Source: Eimeria praecox
Taxonomy: Eukaryota
Length of the DNA: 64,000 nt
Assembly: GCA_963920595.1 (NCBI GenBank)
Contig: OY986947.1
Location: 2,666,001-2,730,000, forward strand
Direction: 5' to 3'
Position 1 is the first letter of the stretch; every line of letters begins with the position of its first letter. The notes beneath the pieces are model-generated. The model had not been told where the DNA came from, did not search any database, and saw nothing but the letters and a program-made list of their open reading frames with translations. Below are positions 58,001 to 64,000 of this stretch, one piece after another. The translations under genes were made by a program, and so were the position numbers.

Positions 58001-61000
58001 ACTGCATTGTCACATCTGAGAACAAGCAGTGTGCAGGGCATCAGGCAACTTAGACCCACCGCGAATAAAAGCCTTGGACCAAGGTATGCAAACGAGAAGC
58101 AGCGACGATATTGATTGAATCGGAAGGTGAATCAGGAAGCGTTTAGGGGCTGCATCAAAACTGCACGGAGTGATTCCTCGCGGGATGCGACCGATCGCAC
58201 CCAACGCACTTCCTGCGCACTCCACAGCCCACAGGAATAATCCAACCATCGAAAGCAGTCGGCAGAAGGCAAACTAGCAGTGCTGCGAAGATTGTGGGCT
58301 ACGAAGGCCAGCGTTCACCTCTAGGCACATCACGCTGTTCAGCAATGATAAATGATAAGTAGCTTCCATCCCACCACTCGAAATTCAACGTCCAAGGTGG
58401 GGGGCTTGTTGCTTTGCTACACGTGCAAGGTACTCACTCGCTGTGCAGTACAGCGTTCGGGAACGCGTCTACACCGCTGCATCGTCTGCTTGGAGAAGGG
58501 CAAAAGGAAGCATGAGAGGACCTTGGGCAGACAGCAAGGCCCGTCACAAAGCGCAAGACCCTTCCAAACTACCACTGCTGACGACGCTGGGGTGGTGGCT
58601 CTCGTCGTGCATGCAACACAGAGGTGACGCCACTAGACAAAATACACAACCTATGCCAAGGGGGCATATGTCAAACAGCAACACAGGCGAGAACAATTTA
58701 ACATTTCTCATCCTCATGAATCATGTGCACAAACGAATGCCTAACATGACAAGATAACCAGACCCGGAAATAAAGCAACGAAAATAAGCACGCACACTCA
58801 AATGCGGTGGTGAACCTAGGCTGCCCGCTTTCGTGTCTTGCTTGAAACGTTTGCTATGCAGTCCGAGGTCCTGCGGAAAGGCATCGACACTCCGTCGTAG
58901 ATTAGACGGATGCCAGTAGGAGGAGGTCGGCAACCTTCACAGCCTAAACCGAAGGTGCATATACAAGCTCGTGACTGCCGTTGGAGTAGACGTGCTGCAC
59001 AACGAAGCATCTACGTGTACATCTGGCCAGTAGTAGCACATGAGGGCAGCCCAATAGCTGTGCCAGAGAAACAGCATTGTCACATCAGAGAATAAGCACT
59101 GCGCAGGGCATCAGGCAACGTACCCCCATAATCGGAAGGTGAACCAGGAAGCGTTTAGGGGCTGCATCAAAACTGCACGGAGTGATTCCTCGCGGGATGT
59201 GACCGATCGCACCCAACGCACTTCCTGCGTACTCCGCAGCCCACAGGAATAATCCAACAATCGAAAGCAATCGGCAGAAGTCAAACCAGCAGTGTTACGC
59301 CGACTCTGTGCTAGGAAGGAACGCATTCGCCTCTAGGTACATCACGCTGTTCAGCAATCATATGTAGCTTCCAACCCACCACTCGAAGTCCAAGGTCCAA
59401 GGTGCGGCGGTTTGCGACAGGTGCAAGGTACGCACTCGCTGTGCGGTACACACTTGCCTAAAGGGTATAAGCCGCTGCAGCACGTAGATTGAGAAAGGGC
59501 ACAAACACGCAGTCAAGGACCTTGGGAAGAAAATCAAGCCCGTCACAAAACTCAACATCATTCCAAGATGCCACTGCTAACGTAGTTACGAAGTTGGGAT
59601 GCCGGCGCTCGCCATACATGCAACACAGCGACCAAGCCAATAGATACAACAAACAGCCTATGCCGTGCAGGCACGTGTCAAACAGCAACACTGCCTTTAA
59701 AAATTCAACGGCTCCTGCCTGTCATGAATGATCCATGCAGACAAATGCCCAACATCACAAAATAACCAGGGTTCTGCACAAAACAACTGAAATAGCTCAA
59801 GAAGCATTCAAAGGCGGTGATGTGGCGAAGCTAGACCTCCTGCTTTCGTGTCTTGCATGAAACGTTTGCCATACAGTCCGAGGTCCTGCGAAAAGGCATC
59901 GAAACTCCCTCACACATTGGACGGATGCCAGTAGCAGGAAGTCGGCAACCTTCGCAGCCTAAACCGAAGGTGCATATACAAACTCGTAGCTGCGCCTGGA
60001 GTAGACGTGCTGCACAACGAAACAGCTGCGTGTATGTCTGGCCAGTAGTAGCACATGAGGGCAGCCCAATAGCTGTGCCGGAGAAACTGCATTGTCACAT
60101 CTGAGAACAAGCAGTGTGCAGGGCATCAGGCAACTTAGACCCACCGCGAATAAAAGCCTTGGACCAAGGTATGCAAACGAGAAGTAGCGACGATATTGAT
60201 TGAATCGGAAGGTGAATCAGGAAGCGTTTAGGGGCTGCATCAAAACTGCACGGAGTGATTCCTCGCGGGATGCGACCGATCGCACCCAACGCACTTCCTG
60301 CGCACTCGACAGCCCACAGGAATAATCCAACCATCGAAAGCAATCGGCAGAGGGCAAACTGGCAGTGGTACGCAGCGTATGTACTATGAAGGCAGCATTC
60401 GCCTCTAGGCACATCACGGTATCCATCAGTGATAAGCGTGTTCACGTCCGGCATTCGCAGTACAGGGTCCAAGTTGGGGCGAGTTTGCTGTTTTGAGAAC
60501 GTTGCGCACCAGCTGTGCGGTACAGTGTTCGACAAACAGTCTAGAACGCTGCATGCTCTGCTTGCAGAAGCGCAGGCAGAGGCACTGGAGGACCCTAGCC
60601 ACCCAACTAAGCCCGTCGGAAAGCTAAACACCCTCCCAAGCTGCCACTGCTGACGAGGCTGGGGTGAGTGCAAAACCTTTGGTTTTGCACTCACCCCAGC
60701 CTCGTCCCTGCAACGGACAAACGATGCAGCATGCGCCAAGCAACAACACTGTCGAGACCAAGTAAGCAGGCCCTGCCTATCATGAATGACGTGCACAAAC
60801 GAATGCCTCAACATGAAAAAAATAAGCCTGCCCCTGTTAAAAACAACTGAAATAGTTCAAGAAGCATTCAAAGGCTGTGGCGAAGCTAGACCTCCTGCTT
60901 TCGTGTCTTGCATGAAACGTTTGCTATACAGTCCGAGGTCCTACGAAAAGGCATCGACACTCCTTCACGCACTGGACGGATGCCAACAGCAGGAAGTCGG

Positions 61001-64000
61001 CAGCCTTCGCAGCCTAAACCGAAGGTGCATATAGAAGCTCGTGACTGCGCTTGGGGTAGACGTGCTGCACAACGAAACAGCTGCGTGTATGTCTGGCCAG
61101 AAGTAGCGCATTAGGGCAGCCAAGCAGCTGTGCAGGAGAAACAGCATTGTCACATCAGGGAACAAGTACTGTGCAGGGCATCAAGCAACTTAGACCCACC
61201 GCAAATGAAACTCTTACCGGACTACACGCAAACGAGAAGTAGCGACGATATTGACTGAATCGGAAGGTGAATCAGGAAGCGTTTAGGGGTTTCATCAAAA
61301 CTGCACGGAGTGATTCTTCGCGGGATGCGACCGATCGCACCCAACGCACTTCCTGCGTACTCAACAGCCCACAGGAATAATCCAACCATCGAACGCAATC
61401 GGCAGAAGGCAAACTAGCAGTGCTGCGAAGATTGTGGGCTACGAAGGCCAGCGTTCACCTCTAGGCACATCACGCTGTTCGGCAATGATAAGTAGCTTGG
61501 AATTCATCACTCGAAGTCCAAGGTCCAAGGTGAGGGGTTTGCTGTTTTGCTGCACATGCAATGTACGAACTCGCTGTGCGGTACAGGCGTCGCTGGAAAG
61601 ACAGCCAAGCCCGTCGAAAAGGTCAAGACCCTTCCAAACTGCTACTGCTGATGAAGCTGGGGTGGTGGCTCTCGCCATGCATACAGCACAACCCATTAGA
61701 CACATCACGCAGCCTCTGCCCCCTACGCATTCGTCAAACAACACTGGCGAGAAAACGTAAGCAGCGCCTACCCATCACGAATGATGTATGCAGACGAAGG
61801 CCTAACATGGCACGCTAACCAGGTCCTTAAACCAAGCAATTGAAATACACCAAGAAGCATTCAAATGCTGTGGCGACGCTAGACCTCCTGCTGTGGTGTC
61901 CTGCGTGAAACGTTTGCTGTGCTGTCCGAGGACCTACCAAAAGGCCTCGAAACCCCTCCACGAATTGGACGGACGCCAATAGCAGGACCTCGGGAACCTC
62001 GAAGCCTAAACAGAAAGTGTAAATACAAGCTCGTGACTGCGTTTGGAGTGGCGTGCTCCCCAACGAGGCAGTTGTGTGTATGCGTAGCCAGAAAAGCACA
62101 CTAAGGTAGCCCAATAGCTGTGCAACAGAAGCGGTCGCATGGCAACAGAGAATAAACGCTGTTCAAGGAACCACGGGGATAAGGCCAATTGCAAACGAAA
62201 TCCGTTGACCAAGCTCCACAAGCCAGAAATAGGGAAGATATTGATTGAATTGGAGGGTGAATCAGGGGGCATACATCGGCTGCATCAAAAGTGCAAGGAG
62301 TGATTCCTCGCGGGATGCGACTAGTCGCGCGCAACGCACTTGCTGGATACTCCATAGCCCACAGGAGAAACCCAACCATCAGGGACAATCAACAGAAGGC
62401 AAATTACCAGTGCCCGTAGTCTATACACTAGGCAGACGTGCATTCAGCTGTAGCCACATCAAGCTATCCGGCAATGATAAGCAGCTTCGAACCCCCCACG
62501 CGCAGTACCAGGTCCAAGGTGCGGAGGTTTGCAACAGGTGCAAGGTACGCACTCGCTGTGCGGTACACACTTGCCTAAAGGGTATAAGCCGCTGCAGCAT
62601 TAGATTAGAAAGGGCACAAAGACGCATTAAAGGACCTTGGGAAGACACCCAAGCCCGTCAAAAAGCTCAACCTCCTTCCAAGATGCCACTGCTAACGAAG
62701 GTACGAAGTTGGGATGGTGGCGCTCGCCATACAAGCAACACAGCGACCAAGCCAATAGATACAACAAACAGCCTATGCCGTGCAGGCACGTGTCAAACAG
62801 CAACACTGCCTTTAAAAATTCAACGGCTCCTGCCTGTCATGAATGATCCATGCAGACAAATGTCCAACATCACAAAATAACCAGGGTTCTGCACAAAACA
62901 ACTGAAATAGTTCAAGAAGCATTCAAAGGCTGTGATGTAGCGAAGCTAGACTGTCCGGTTGTTTGCCGTGCGCGAAACGTTTTCTGGGCAGTTAGAGGTC
63001 CTACGAAAAGGCCTCGACACTTCTTCACAGATTGGACGGGAGCCAACAGCAGTAAGTCGGCAGCTTTTGCAGCTAAACCGAATGCGCATATACAAACTCG
63101 TAAATGCGTTTGGTGTGGCCCTTTTTCCAAACTCGGCAGCTGCATTTCCGTGCGGTCAGAAGTAGTACATTAGGGCAGCCCAATAGCTGTGCCAGAGAAA
63201 TTGTGTTATAACAACAGAGAACAAGTTCGGTGCGAGTCAAGAACCTAGGTCTACAGAAATGAACCCCTTTGACCGAGATTGGCAAACGGGAGTAAAGACT
63301 TTGCTTATTGAACCTCAAGGCGAATCAGGATGCGGTTAGGGGCTGCATCAAAACTGCAAGGAGTGATTCCTCGCGGGATGCGACTAGTGGCATCCAACGC
63401 ACTTCCTGCGTACGCTACAGCCCACAGGAGTAATCCAACTATCGAAAACGTTCGACAAAAGGTGCATTGGCAGTGATACGCAGCCTATGCGCTAAGACGG
63501 CAGCATTCGGCTCTAGGAACATCACTCTGCCCGGCAATGATAAGCAGCTTTGGACCGACCACTCGCAGCAGAAGGTCCAAGGTCTGGAGGTTTACCCCAG
63601 GTGCAAGGAACCCACTCGCTGCGTGGCTCAGTGGTCGCTAAAGCGTGTACCCCGCTGCATCGTCTGCTTGTAGAATCACAAAGCGGCGCATTAGAGGACC
63701 TTTGGCAGATAGCAAAGCCCGTCCAAACGCCCAAGTCCCCTCCAAGCTGCCATTGCTGACGAAGTTGGGATGCGGGTCTCGTCATGCATGCAACCCAGCG
63801 GCCAAGCCGACACACCACAGAGCCTGCGCCTCACATATGGGATCAAAAACTATAAAGCAGATGCGAAAACGTCAAACCTCTTCCACCCGTGTGCACACAC
63901 CGATGTTCGGATGTCAAGCATGAAACGATACCCAGGTCTCTGCACAACGCAACAAGAAAGGTTCAAGGGACATTCAAAAGGAGTCGTGACGCTCTATACG
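49036..64000. repeat. ~1.0-1.08 kb satellite array (at least 14 monomers) with a 5246-bp higher-order repeat; runs off the window end
   Basis: An anchor of consensus GAGTGATTCCTCGCGGG occurs at 49761, 50773, 51842, 52922, 53934, 55007, 56019, 57088, 58168, 59180, 60253, 61308, 62298 and 63361. Confidence 0.97.
60652..60706. repeat. Perfect 26-bp inverted repeat with a 3-nt loop
   Basis: GACGAGGCTGGGGTGAGTGCAAAACC-TTT-GGTTTTGCACTCACCCCAGCCTCGTC. Confidence 0.98.

Noticed and set aside
60095..62880. 239-aa (-) and 211-aa (+) ORFs inside the satellite
   Set aside because: No recognisable motifs, and homologous positions in other monomers contain stops or frameshifts.
63618..63650. tRNA A-box-like TGGCTCAGTGG, and a B-box-like GGTTCGAAGCC on the minus strand near 52025-52040
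   Set aside because: No cloverleaf can be built, the two boxes are in different monomers on opposite strands, and neither is conserved across copies.
49036..64000. CRISPR-like or prokaryotic repeat system
   Set aside because: Units are ~1 kb with no short repeat/unique spacer structure, there are no cas genes, and the context is eukaryotic.

Overview
Eukaryotic, apicomplexan-type DNA with the hallmarks of an Eimeria-like coccidian: dense (CAG/CTG)n tracts, intronic AAACCCT/TTTAGGG telomere-like heptamer arrays and GT-AG spliced genes. The window has two very different halves. The first half (1 to ~30.2 kb) is microsatellite-rich and gene-dense. It holds (i) a very large multi-exon type III-alpha (Stt4/PI4KA-like) phosphatidylinositol 4-kinase gene on + (~818-19763; the PIK-helical and catalytic exons 13030-19763 splice by hand into an intact frame), (ii) a spliced hypothetical-protein gene on - (24305-20626), and (iii) an intronless ELO/GNS1-SUR4 fatty-acid elongase (27728-29518) whose long C-terminal tail looks like a degenerate, His-box-less delta-9 desaturase domain. 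After a GATA/GGTA microsatellite block (~30.3-30.85 kb) the DNA becomes CAG-poor and has no recognisable genes. It is filled by two tandem arrays: four full copies plus one partial copy of a 2.7-3.7 kb unit (33.35-46.5 kb), with an older diverged relic at ~47.5-48.5 kb, and a ~1.0-1.08 kb satellite (at least 14 monomers, 49.0 kb to the window end). The satellite core is an exact 5246-bp higher-order repeat (A-B-C-A-B twice) flanked by diverged monomers. Most ORFs in the supplied track are artefacts of triplet repeats or of these arrays. All homology calls are by eye from remembered family motifs; no searches were run.
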